Positions 17,972 through 28,100 of a stretch of 64,000 bases of DNA are shown here, piece after piece. The position numbers and the translations under genes were made by a program. The notes beneath the pieces are model-generated. The model was not told the origin of the DNA. It did not search any database and worked only from the letters and a program-made list of their open reading frames with translations. The DNA comes from an uncultured Verrucomicrobiae bacterium. Lineage in GTDB: Bacteria > Verrucomicrobiota > Verrucomicrobiia > Limisphaerales > JAHDYP01. Positions within the stretch are counted from its first letter, which is position 1. Every line of letters begins with the position of its first letter. The stretch lies in contig CAVXWU010000004.1 of NCBI GenBank assembly GCA_963765535.1, positions 593,202-657,201 of the forward strand, read 5' to 3'.

Positions 17972-18028
17972 TTGCTGCGACTGGCGATTCGGGTCGCGCT
18001 CCAGCCAAGCTGCACGTCGTCCGCGTGC
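17972..18028 (+). repeat. Extra partial copy of the left-flank start segment at the 3' end of copy 1
   Basis: TTGCTGCGACTGGCGATTCGGGTCGCGCTCCAGCCAAGCTGCACGTCGTCCGCGTGC matches 32856..32912 (GCTGCTGCGACTGGCGCTTCGGGTCGCGCTCCAGCCAAGCTGCGCGTCGTCCGCGTGC) with 3 mismatches. Confidence 0.8.
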
Positions 18029-18040
18029 CGCGAGCGGGTA

Positions 18041-18068
18041 ACAGAAAAGGCCCGGCGGATGCCGGGCC
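18041..18068 (-). terminator. Intrinsic terminator of the RRM gene
   Basis: On the minus strand, the stem GGCCCGGC-AUCC-GCCGGGCC (18068..18049) is followed by UUUUCUGU (18048..18041). It lies 27 nt downstream of the RRM gene stop. Confidence 0.65.
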
Positions 18069-18094
18069 TGGGTCAAACTTAGATTATCGGGAAA

Positions 18095-18403
18095 TCAATA
18101 GCGTCCACGGTTACCGTATTCACGGCGACCGCCGCCGCCACCACCCGAACGATCTTCGCGTGGCTTGGCAATGTTGACCGTCAATTCGCGGCCGTCGACA
18201 GATTGGCCGCTGAGGGCGCGGATGGCGGCCTGGGCTTCGTCGGCCGTGCTCATGGTGACGAAACCGAACCCGCGGGGGCGGCCGGTCTCGCGATCCATCA
18301 TCAAATTGACTTCGGAGACGACACCGTGAGCGGAGAAGGCATCCCGCAGTTGGGTTTCAGTGGTATTGAAGGAAAGGTTTCCCACAAATAATTTATTACT
18401 CAT
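18095..18403 (-). CDS. Single-RRM RNA-binding protein with Gly/Arg-rich tail
   Basis: Track ORF of 102 aa. RNP-2 is LFVGNL and RNP-1 is RGFGFVTM. The tail is REDRSGGGGGGRREYGNRGRY. This is the architecture of bacterial Rbp-type glycine-rich RNA-binding proteins. Confidence 0.9.
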   Translation of the reverse strand: MSNKLFVGNLSFNTTETQLRDAFSAHGVVSEVNLMMDRETGRPRGFGFVTMSTADEAQAAIRALSGQSVDGRELTVNIAKPREDRSGGGGGGRREYGNRGRY

Positions 18404-18629
18404 ACTTGATGTTTTCTGCCCAGACGAACCGGTTCTTTTGCCAGACTGTTCCCGAACATCGGGTCTAAAATCATCACTGAACTGAGTTCAACTGAGGATT
18501 CACCATGCCTTGAAAGAGACAAGCTATCGCGCAGGACGCGGGACAAACTGACAGGCCGGAGTGGGAAAGCAAGCCTTATCTTTGCCATTGGGAGTCTGCG
18601 ATTCATTGACATGCCCTTTCTCCGGGAGG

Positions 18630-21600
18630 ATGTTGCGACGCATGATTTCCCGGCGGTTGTTGCAATCTTTTCGTTCAGGTTGTCTCCTGGTTTCTCTCTT
18701 CCTCGCCGTTGGAGCGCTCCAGGGACAAGTCATTCTCAGTGAATTCATGGCGGACAATGAATCCACGCTGGCCGATGAGGATGGAACCTATTCCGATTGG
18801 ATTGAGGTTTACAACACCGGGGCCAGCGCGGTGGACCTCGCCGGCTGGGCGTTGACCGGAGATCCATTGCATCAGGCGCTATGGGGGTTTCCTTCCACGA
18901 ACTTGCCGCCCAAGGGTTTCCTTGTCGTTTTTGCATCAGGAAAAAACCGCGCGGTGGCGGGCGCGCCGCTGCACACCGATTTCAGTCTTAAGGCGAGCGG
19001 AGAATACCTGGCGCTGCTCGAACCGGGAGGAGGCGTCGCCACGGAATTTGCGCCGGCGTTTCCGTCACAATATCCCGACGTCTCTTACGGTGTGGTCCAG
19101 GAAGTCACCACGAATGCATTCGTGCCCTCCGGCGCGCCCGTGCGGGTTTGGATCCCCTCGAGCGCACAGGGTTCGACCTGGACGCAGCCCGCGTTTAACG
19201 ATGCCGGCTGGACAAGCGGATCGACCGGCGTGGGGTACGAGATCGCCGTTCCCGGTTTTGCCGCATTATGCTACGTGGCCAACGTAGGGGTCTGCAGCCT
19301 GGGCGCGGCGGAAGGCGTGGTCAACAATCCCGGGCAACAGTTCTCAGTCGCGGCCGAGAACGCCGCAGTGTTGAATTACCTGAACACGGCTGACTCGGCG
19401 CATTACGGCAACGACCGCGCGTTTCCGGGGCTGCCGATCGGTCCCGATCGCGATAATTTCGTGCTCGAGGCCACGGCCACGATCACCATCCCCGCGGCGG
19501 GCAACTGGACTTTCGGCGTCAACAGCGACGACGGTTTCTCGCTGGAGATCGGAAGCTTTTACATGTCCTACCCGGACCCGCGCGGTCCCGCGGACACCCT
19601 CCAAACGTTCAATTTTCCGGCGGCGGGCGACTATCCGCTGCGCCTGCTGTTCTACGAATGCGGCGGGGGTTCGGAAGTTGAATTGTTCGCCGCGGCCGGG
19701 AGTTACGCGGCATGGGACCCGACCCATTTTCATCTGGTGGGTGACATGGCGAATGGAGGATTGTCCGTTTTGTCTCCCGTGATCTCCGGTGGTGAGGGGA
19801 CGGCGAGTTATCGGCCGTTGCTCGCCACAGATGTGGAGTCCCCGATGCTCGGGGTGAACGCCTCGGCCTATCTGCGGCTACCCTTTACCGTGGCGGATCC
19901 GGCGGCGCTCGAGTCGCTCACGTTGCGGATGCGATACGACGATGGTTTTGTCGCCTATCTCAACGGACAGGAAGTTGCCCGTCGCAACGCGCCGGCCGCT
20001 CCTTTATGGAACTCGGCGGCAACTGCGGCTCATCCCAACGATCAGGCGCTGATTTTCGAGGATTTCAATCTGTCCGACCGGCTCAACCTGCTTCAGCCGG
20101 GAAACAACCTGCTGGCGATCCAGGGACTCAACCGTTCGGCCGCCGACACTGATTTCCTGATCATGCCGGAGCTCCTGGAGCTCCAAATCACCGACGCCGA
20201 CACGCAGTACTTCGCCAAAGGATCGCCGGGGGCGCCTAATGGCGCCGGATTTGTGGCCTTTGTGGCGGATACGAAATTCGACCATGACCGCGGTTTTTAC
20301 GACGCTCCTTTTCAACTCTCGATCACGACGGCCACGCCGGGAGCGACCATCGTCTACACGACCGACGGTTCGGTGCCGTCGCTGACCCATGGCACGGTCG
20401 TCAGCGGTCCGATACCGATCAGCGCCACCACCGTCATTCGGGCGTCGGCGTTCAAGGCGGGTTTCGCACCATCCGGAGTGGATACCCAAACCTATCTCTT
20501 CACCGCCGATATCATTCATCAGTCACCCACGGGCCAGCCCCCCCCCGGTTGGCCGGCAAGTTGGGGCGCGAACGTGGTGGATTACGGCATGGACCCGGAT
20601 GTGGTGAACGCTCCGGCCTATGCCGGCGAAATCGAGGACGACCTGAAATCGATTCCGACGTTTTCGATCGTGACCGAGTCCGGCAACCTGTTCGATCCGG
20701 CTACGGGCATTTACGCCAACGCCAGCCAGGATGGCCGGGACTGGGAACGTCCGGCCTCGGTCGAGCTGATTTATCCAGACGGCACTCCCGGTTTTCAAGT
20801 CAATGCCGGCCTTCGGATTCGGGGCGGTTACAGCCGGAGTTCAAACAATCCGAAACACGCCTTTCGACTTTTTTTCCGCCAGGAATACGGGGCGTCGAAG
20901 TTGGATTATCCGATGTTTGAGCATCAGGGCGGCACGGAAACCTTCGACGCCTTCGACTTGCGAACATTTCAGAATTACTCCTGGAGTTTCGAAGGCGATT
21001 ACCGGTTCATCGGCCTGCGCGACCAGTTCTCGCGCGATGCGCAATTGGCCCTCGGCCAACCCGGAGAACGGGGCGACTTCTATCACCTTTACATCAACGG
21101 GCAGTATTGGGGGATCTTCAACACCGCCGAGCGGCCGGAGGCCTCTTTCGGCGCCAGTTATTTCGGAGGGGACAAAGATGATTACGATGTCATCAAGGTG
21201 GATACCGGCGCGGGCTACACCATCTTCGCGACCGATGGGAACATGGATGCCTGGACGCGTCTTTGGCAGGCCGCTACCAATGGGTTCGCCACGGACGCCG
21301 CATATTTTAAAGTGCAGGGGAGAAACACCGACGGCACGCCTAACCCGGCGTTCGAGAATCTACTGGATGTGGACAACCTGATCGACTACATGCTGGTGAT
21401 CTTTTTCACGGGCAACATCGACGCGCCGATCTCGGCCTTCATCGGCAACACGAATCCGAACAACATGTACGCCGTTCGGAATCGCACAGGGCTCTATGGC
21501 GGCTTTCGATTCCTGGCGCACGACTCCGAACACACTCTCCTGCACGAATCGTCGCTTGGGAACAACGACGAACTCCATCGCGATCGCACGGGGCCGTTTG

Positions 21601-24600
21601 CCGCGGGCGATCCCACGCAACAAGGAGCGGCGGGCGCACTGGCCCGGAGCAATCCGCAGTATTTCTTTACCCGGTTGACCGCCAACGCCGAGTTTCGCCT
21701 GCGCGTGGCCGATCACATTCGCAAGGCGTTCTTCGATGGCGGCGTGTTGAGCCCCGAAGGTTGCCGTGCCCTTTTCACGGCGCGCAGCAATGAAGTCTAC
21801 CATGCGATCGCGACCGAGTCGGCCCGCTGGGGCGACTCCAAACGTTCCACCCCCCGCACCCGCAATGAAGACTGGGCTCTCGAAATGAGCCGGGTCTATG
21901 GAGATTATTTCAACCAACGGACCGGGATTGTTCTCGGGCAATTAACAGCCAAAGGACTCTACCCGAACGTCGACGCCCCATCCTTGAATCCCAATGGCGG
22001 CCTCGTGCCGCCCGGATCCACCGTGACGATGGCTGCGCCGGCCGGCACGATCTACTACACCCTCGATGGATCGGATCCGCGGCTGCGCGGTGGCGGGGTG
22101 GCTGCGACCGCGCAGATCTACTCCAGCCCATTGACCTTGTCCCAGAGCGTTCGGATCAAGGCCCGCGCGCTGAGTGGCGGCACCTGGAGCGCGCTGACCG
22201 ACGCGACGATTTACCTCAACCGGGATTTCACAGACCTCCTGGTTACGGAGATCATGTACCATCCTCAGGCGGCGGCGACGTTTGACAGCGAGGCTTTGGA
22301 GTTCCTCGAATTGAAGAACGTCGCGAGCACGAACCTCGAACTCAGCGGTGTGCATTTCACCGATGGGATCCAGTACTCCTTCCCACTCGGCATGCTCCTT
22401 GGTCCGGGCCAGTTCGCGGTGCTGGTTAGTGATCCGGTCGCCTTTGCCAGCCGATACCCCGGGGTGCGCGTCGATGGCGTGTTCACCAATCACCTCTCCA
22501 ACAGCGGCGAACGAGTGATCCTGGCCCACGCCAACGATGTTCCGATCTTTTCCGTGGCATACGAGGCCGCCCTTCCCTGGCCGGTCACGGCCGATGGAAC
22601 GGGATTCTCGCTCGTGCCCCTGAATCCGAATCTTAATCCGGACCCGAGTAGTGCATTGAATTGGCGGAGCAGCGCCTCGATCGGCGGGTCGCCGGGCGCG
22701 GACGATCCGCCCTCGTTCCTTCCCCGGATCCTGGTGAACGAAGCGCTTACGCACACGGACCTGCCGCAACTGGATTCCATCGAGCTCTACAATCCTAATC
22801 TGACGAATGTGGACGTCGGTCATTGGTTCCTGACCGACCAGCGGAATCTCCCCGGCAAGTATGCATTTCCTTCGCCCACCATCATCCCGGCCGGTGGCTT
22901 TTTGGTTCTGACCGAAAACGACTGGAACCCCGATCCGCTTTCGACCAACGGTTTCCGGCTCAATTCTCATGGCGAAGAAATCTATCTCTACTCAGCCGAC
23001 GCCATCGGCCAACTTACCGGTTACAGCGACGGGTTCGCCTTCGGTGCCGCGCAGAACGGGGTGACTTTCGGGCGTTACCTCAATAGCGTGGGCGAAATCC
23101 TCTATCCCGCGCAGACCGCCAACACCCTGGGTGCGCCCAACGCCGGGCCGCGGGTGGGACCGGTAGTCATCAACGAAATCCGTTATCATCCCGCGCCGGG
23201 AGACGAGGAGTTTGTGGAGCTGAAAAACATCACCAACGCGCCCGTGAAGCTTTACGATCCCAATTTTCCCACCAACACGTGGCGCGTCGAAGGATTGGGC
23301 TACCGATTCCCGGAGAACGTCGAGATATCCGCCAATGGACTGCTCCTGCTCGTGGCGGCCGATCCGGCAACGTTTCGGACGAAGTATGGTGTCCCGGCGG
23401 CCGTTCCCATTCTGGGCCCGGTCCCGGGCACGTTGCAGGACAGCGGTGAGTCTCTGGCCCTCCAACGACCCGATACGCCGGACCTGGACACCAATACCGG
23501 CGCGATCTTCATTCCGCAGATCGACGTGGACGTCGTGCGATACAATGACAAGTCCCCCTGGCCCACCAACGCCGATGGCTTCGGTCCGTCCCTCGAACGG
23601 CTCGACGCCCGCGCCTATGGGAACGACCCGGTCAACTGGCGGGCCAGTCCGGGTCCTGCGTCACCCGGCCAAGAAAACACGGGCAACCGTCTGCCGCTGG
23701 TGGAGGCCGGCGCGGATGTGTCACTGACCGCCGCGACGTTTCCGTTGAACGTTCCGCTGGCCGGTTCCGCCCAGGACGACGGTCTCCCGAATCCGCCGGG
23801 CGCATTGACATTGACCTGGAGCCAGGACACCGGCCCGGGCCTCGTCGCGTTCAGCAATGTACACTTGTCGAATCCTTCGGCGAGCTTCCCTGGCGTGGGC
23901 ACGTATGGCCTGCGGCTTACGGCCGACGACGGTGCCCTGCAGGTAAGCGACGTGCTCAGCGTGACGATTGACCGGCTCCCTTCAAATGTGCCGATTGTGA
24001 GCAAAGGCTCGGCCTGGAAATACCTCGACAACGGATCGGACCAGGGATCGGCCTGGACATCGCCTACATTCAACGATGCAAGCTGGCCATCCGGGTCGGC
24101 CCCGCTCGGATACGGAGACGCCGACGGTGTGTTGCCCGTTACGCTGGTGGGCTATGGTCCCGACGCCAACAACAAGTACCTCACCACCTATTTCCGCCAG
24201 ACGTTCAATGTGTCTAATCCGGCCGATGTCACGGCCCTGACACTGAGCGTGCAGCGGGATGACGGAGTTGTGGTTTATCTCAATGGCGCTGCCGTCTTCG
24301 TCGACAACATGCCGGCCGGACCGATCGGATACCTGACCTCCGCCGTCACCGCCGTGGGCGGCGCGGATGAAACAACATTCTATATCCAGTCCATTGATCC
24401 GGCCCTGCTGCGCCAGGGGGCGAATGTCGTGGCCGCTGAAATCCATCAGGCCGGCGGGAACAGCAGCGATATCATCTTCGATCTCGAACTTATCGGACTG
24501 GGATATTCCGCTAACCAGGCGCCCACAGCCAATGCGGGCCCGGACCAGGCCGTGACCCTCCCTGCCACGGCAGAGCTTCACGGTACCGCGAGTGATGATG

Positions 24601-25049
24601 GCCTGCCGATCCCGCCCGGCCTGCTCACCTTCACCTGGTCGAAAGTCAGTGGCCCGGGATCCGTCATTTTTTCAAACCCCTATGCGCTCGAAACCAGCGC
24701 GAGTTTCTCGGCATCGGGTACGTATGTGCTCCGCCTGACGGCTGCCGACGGCGTATTCTCCGTGAACGACGATCTGACGGTTACAGTGAGCGGGCAGACG
24801 CAGTCGCCGCCAGAGTTCGAGTCCGTTGCCTGGGATGCATCCCAACCTCCGGTGTTGCGCCTGACATTCACCGCCGTCGCCGGGCGAACCTATACTGTCC
24901 AATACCGGGATACGCTGGAGCCGGGTTTATGGTCGAAACTGGCGGACATCCCTGGCCAGGTTCAATCCGGTCCGGTGGAGGTGCAGGACTCGAACGTGTC
25001 GGAGAACACCACGCGCTTTTATCGAATTGTCACTCCTCAACAACCATAG
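18630..25049 (+). CDS. Giant secreted Lamin-tail-domain (LTD) / PA14 / CotH-family protein (2139 aa)
   Basis: Track ORF 18561..25049. I moved the start to ATG 18630, which has GGGAGG just upstream and a signal-peptide-like MLRRMISRRLLQSFRSGCLLVSLFLAVGALQGQ. LTD modules include VILSEFMADNES..WIEVYNTGASAVDLAGWAL, LLVTEIMYHPQ, ILVNEALTHTD and VVINEIRYHPAPGDEEFVELKN. A PA14-like block is GNWTFGVNSDDGFSLEIG..YPLRLLFYECGGGSEVELF. The CotH core is HAFRLFFRQEYGASKLDYPMF..FYHLYINGQYWGIFNTAERPE. Two Ig/PKD-like modules are present (..ANAGPDQAVTLP..). A C-terminal RFYR module is also present. Confidence 0.85.
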   Translation: MLRRMISRRLLQSFRSGCLLVSLFLAVGALQGQVILSEFMADNESTLADEDGTYSDWIEVYNTGASAVDLAGWALTGDPLHQALWGFPSTNLPPKGFLVVFASGKNRAVAGAPLHTDFSLKASGEYLALLEPGGGVATEFAPAFPSQYPDVSYGVVQEVTTNAFVPSGAPVRVWIPSSAQGSTWTQPAFNDAGWTSGSTGVGYEIAVPGFAALCYVANVGVCSLGAAEGVVNNPGQQFSVAAENAAVLNYLNTADSAHYGNDRAFPGLPIGPDRDNFVLEATATITIPAAGNWTFGVNSDDGFSLEIGSFYMSYPDPRGPADTLQTFNFPAAGDYPLRLLFYECGGGSEVELFAAAGSYAAWDPTHFHLVGDMANGGLSVLSPVISGGEGTASYRPLLATDVESPMLGVNASAYLRLPFTVADPAALESLTLRMRYDDGFVAYLNGQEVARRNAPAAPLWNSAATAAHPNDQALIFEDFNLSDRLNLLQPGNNLLAIQGLNRSAADTDFLIMPELLELQITDADTQYFAKGSPGAPNGAGFVAFVADTKFDHDRGFYDAPFQLSITTATPGATIVYTTDGSVPSLTHGTVVSGPIPISATTVIRASAFKAGFAPSGVDTQTYLFTADIIHQSPTGQPPPGWPASWGANVVDYGMDPDVVNAPAYAGEIEDDLKSIPTFSIVTESGNLFDPATGIYANASQDGRDWERPASVELIYPDGTPGFQVNAGLRIRGGYSRSSNNPKHAFRLFFRQEYGASKLDYPMFEHQGGTETFDAFDLRTFQNYSWSFEGDYRFIGLRDQFSRDAQLALGQPGERGDFYHLYINGQYWGIFNTAERPEASFGASYFGGDKDDYDVIKVDTGAGYTIFATDGNMDAWTRLWQAATNGFATDAAYFKVQGRNTDGTPNPAFENLLDVDNLIDYMLVIFFTGNIDAPISAFIGNTNPNNMYAVRNRTGLYGGFRFLAHDSEHTLLHESSLGNNDELHRDRTGPFAAGDPTQQGAAGALARSNPQYFFTRLTANAEFRLRVADHIRKAFFDGGVLSPEGCRALFTARSNEVYHAIATESARWGDSKRSTPRTRNEDWALEMSRVYGDYFNQRTGIVLGQLTAKGLYPNVDAPSLNPNGGLVPPGSTVTMAAPAGTIYYTLDGSDPRLRGGGVAATAQIYSSPLTLSQSVRIKARALSGGTWSALTDATIYLNRDFTDLLVTEIMYHPQAAATFDSEALEFLELKNVASTNLELSGVHFTDGIQYSFPLGMLLGPGQFAVLVSDPVAFASRYPGVRVDGVFTNHLSNSGERVILAHANDVPIFSVAYEAALPWPVTADGTGFSLVPLNPNLNPDPSSALNWRSSASIGGSPGADDPPSFLPRILVNEALTHTDLPQLDSIELYNPNLTNVDVGHWFLTDQRNLPGKYAFPSPTIIPAGGFLVLTENDWNPDPLSTNGFRLNSHGEEIYLYSADAIGQLTGYSDGFAFGAAQNGVTFGRYLNSVGEILYPAQTANTLGAPNAGPRVGPVVINEIRYHPAPGDEEFVELKNITNAPVKLYDPNFPTNTWRVEGLGYRFPENVEISANGLLLLVAADPATFRTKYGVPAAVPILGPVPGTLQDSGESLALQRPDTPDLDTNTGAIFIPQIDVDVVRYNDKSPWPTNADGFGPSLERLDARAYGNDPVNWRASPGPASPGQENTGNRLPLVEAGADVSLTAATFPLNVPLAGSAQDDGLPNPPGALTLTWSQDTGPGLVAFSNVHLSNPSASFPGVGTYGLRLTADDGALQVSDVLSVTIDRLPSNVPIVSKGSAWKYLDNGSDQGSAWTSPTFNDASWPSGSAPLGYGDADGVLPVTLVGYGPDANNKYLTTYFRQTFNVSNPADVTALTLSVQRDDGVVVYLNGAAVFVDNMPAGPIGYLTSAVTAVGGADETTFYIQSIDPALLRQGANVVAAEIHQAGGNSSDIIFDLELIGLGYSANQAPTANAGPDQAVTLPATAELHGTASDDGLPIPPGLLTFTWSKVSGPGSVIFSNPYALETSASFSASGTYVLRLTAADGVFSVNDDLTVTVSGQTQSPPEFESVAWDASQPPVLRLTFTAVAGRTYTVQYRDTLEPGLWSKLADIPGQVQSGPVEVQDSNVSENTTRFYRIVTPQQP

Positions 25050-25172
25050 CATGCGAATCCCGCGGTCCACTCATTTGATGGCCTGGCGAAGACCGGGAAT
25101 TTGATCATCATTCATCGGGTCTTTTGGCCCCCCAACCTATTAAATCTGGAGTATGCCAATGCCATCCCTCAT

Positions 25173-28100
25173 ATGCCCATTTTGACTGCAGTCCGATCGC
25201 GCTTCGTCTTGCTGGTTCTGATGCTCTTTGTCTTGGTCTCGGTCCGCGCCCAAAACGTTCTGGTGACCGAGATCATGGTCCATCCACCGGGCACCAATCT
25301 CCTCGAACAGTGGTTTGAACTCCAAAATCGCGGCCCGGCCGCTGTGGATCTTTCCGGTTGGCGAGTGACTCGCGGGGTCGACTATCTCTTTCCCAGCAAT
25401 ACTGTCCTCGCCGCGGGCGGCTACCTCGTGGTGGCCGCGGACCGGCAGACCTTCAGCGGGTTGCACCCGACGGTGACGAATTTCGTTGGCGGCTGGGAGA
25501 GCACGATCGGTCATGCGCTCGAGCTCACCGACCGATCAAACCGCGTGGTGCATGCCGTCGAGTTCTACGACCAGGGGGATTGGGCGGTCCGGCAAATGGG
25601 TCCGCCGCATTTCAACCACACCGGCTGGGAATGGCATGCCGAATTCGATGGACTGGGAGCCTCGCTCGAATTGATCAACCCGGCCTTGCCCGATGGCTAC
25701 GCCCACAATTGGGGTAGCAGCACGGTGATGGGCGGCACCCCCGGACGCCCCAACTCCATCGCCTCCTCGAACAACGCACCGTTAATCGCCGATGTGCATC
25801 ATCGTCCCGTGATCCCACAACCGAGCGATCCCGTCACCGTGACCGCCCGGGTGGTGGACGAGTTGTCCGTCGGCCTCGTGGTTTCTTTGCATTGGCGTGT
25901 GGATGGCGCGGCCAGTTTCAATGTCATCGCCATGGCGGATGACGGCGCGCACGGCGACGGCACGTCGGGCGACGGTCTGTTTGGCGCCATTCTCCCGGCG
26001 CAACCGGATCTGACCGTGGTCGAGTTTTATCTGCAGGCGCAAGACCAGGGAGGCAACCTGAGGACTTACCCCGTCTTCATCCCCCCGACCAATTCGACGC
26101 GCACGGCCAATCTGCTTTACCAGGTGGACAGCGGCGCTTACGCGGGCACCCAGCCGGTCTATCGGATCATCATGCGCGGAGTGGAGCGGGCAGAGCTCTT
26201 CGACCTCGGCCGCCAGTTCCCGGACGCCGACAGCGACGCCCAGATGAACGCGACCTGGATTTCCTCAGACGGCGTGGTGAGTGGCGGGTCGACCACCCAG
26301 ATCCGTTACAACTGCGGCGTGCGCAACCGCGGGCACGGCACGCGCGTCGCTAATCCGAACAACTACCACGTGAACATCCCGTCCGATCGCCTTTGGAAAG
26401 GCCAGGCCGGAATTAACCTCAACGCCCACTATGCTTATTCGCAGGTCCTGGGCAGCGCCGTCTTTCGCCGGCTGGGCGTGCCGATGGCCGATTCCCGCGC
26501 CGTGCAAGTGCGCGTCAATGGGATCGATCTCATGGCTTCGGTCGGCGGCGACTCCTTCGGTTCCTACGCCGCCAACGAACAATACAACAAGGATTTCGTC
26601 CAACGCTCCTGGCCGATCGATCCCGGCGGCAATGCGTATCGCGGTATCCGGGGCCCAACCGAGACCGGACCGCAAATCGAAGCGGATCTCACCTGGCACG
26701 GGCCGGACTTCTTCGTCAGCGGGTCCTACACGAACGCCTATTTCAAACAAAACAACTTTGTCCAAAACGATTACTCCGATCTCCTGGAACTCCTCGGTGT
26801 GCTCAACGAGATCCCCGGTTATTCGAGCTCGGCCGCCTATGTGACCGACGTCAACCGCGTGATCGATGTCGAGGCCTGGATGCGGTACATGGCCATCAAC
26901 ACTCTCCTGGCCAACGGCGAAACCTGCCTGGCCAATGGGGTGGGAGACGACTACGCCCTCTATCGCGGGACGCTCGACACCCGCTTTGAAGTGCTCCCTT
27001 ACGATCTGGATACCGTGATGGGGCGGGGCCTGACCCCCACCAGCCCGCGCAACGGACTCTGGCGCATGACCAACTTGCCGGTCATGGACCGGTTCATGAA
27101 GACGCCCGAGTTCGCCCCTGTCTATTACCGCCAACTCAAGACGCTCGCCGACACGGCATTTTCCACGGCGCAGATGGATCCGCTGCTTGATCAACTGTTT
27201 CAGGGCTACGTGCCGCAGGAGACGATTGACACGATGAAGGCCTTCAATGCGAGCCATGTGGCTTACGTGCTCTCCCAGATCCCAAACACTCTGGTCGTCA
27301 GCAACAACCTCCCGATTCTCAACGGCTATCCCCACACCACTGTTCCCATCATTGCCTTGACCGGCGCCGCCAATGCCTTGAACACCCGCACAGTCCTCGT
27401 GGGCGGTGGCGCGGCCACCTATTCCGCCTGGGAGGGTACGTGGTCGATCAACGGAATCGTTCTATATCCCGGCATCAATCGACTCCTGGTTCAGGCCCTC
27501 GATGCCGACGGTCAAGAAGTGGGCCGCGCCACCGATGACGTGTGGTATGACGACGGTGCTGCCCAGTCCGCGGGCGGGACTCTCCAAACGGACACCACCT
27601 GGACGGCAGCGGCCGGGCCGTTCGACATCACCTCCACCCTCACCGTCGCCGCCGGCGTCACGCTCACACTCGAACCCGGCCTTACAGTTTATCTCGGGCC
27701 GGGCGTCAACCTCGTGGTCGCCAATGGCGGACGGCTCCTCGCCGAGGGCACTGAGACCGCGCCCATTCGATTCACCAGGCTCCCCGGCGCCACCACCGCG
27801 TGGGGCGGAATCACGATCAATGGGGGGATCGGTTCGCCCGAGACCCGCATTACCCACGCCCATCTGGAGTTCAACGGTTCGACGGCCATCCACTCCTCGG
27901 GCGGCACAGTATTCCTGGACCATCTCACGTTTGGTTCGACCGACCACCAATACATTTCACTCGACGGTTCCTCTTTTGTGGTCAGCCATAGTGATTTCCC
28001 AACCCCCACGGCGGGTTTTGAACTTCTCCATGGCACCGGCGGGATCAAGGCCGGCGGATACGGCATCTTTTACCGGAACTTTGTTGGTGCCCCCAACGGC

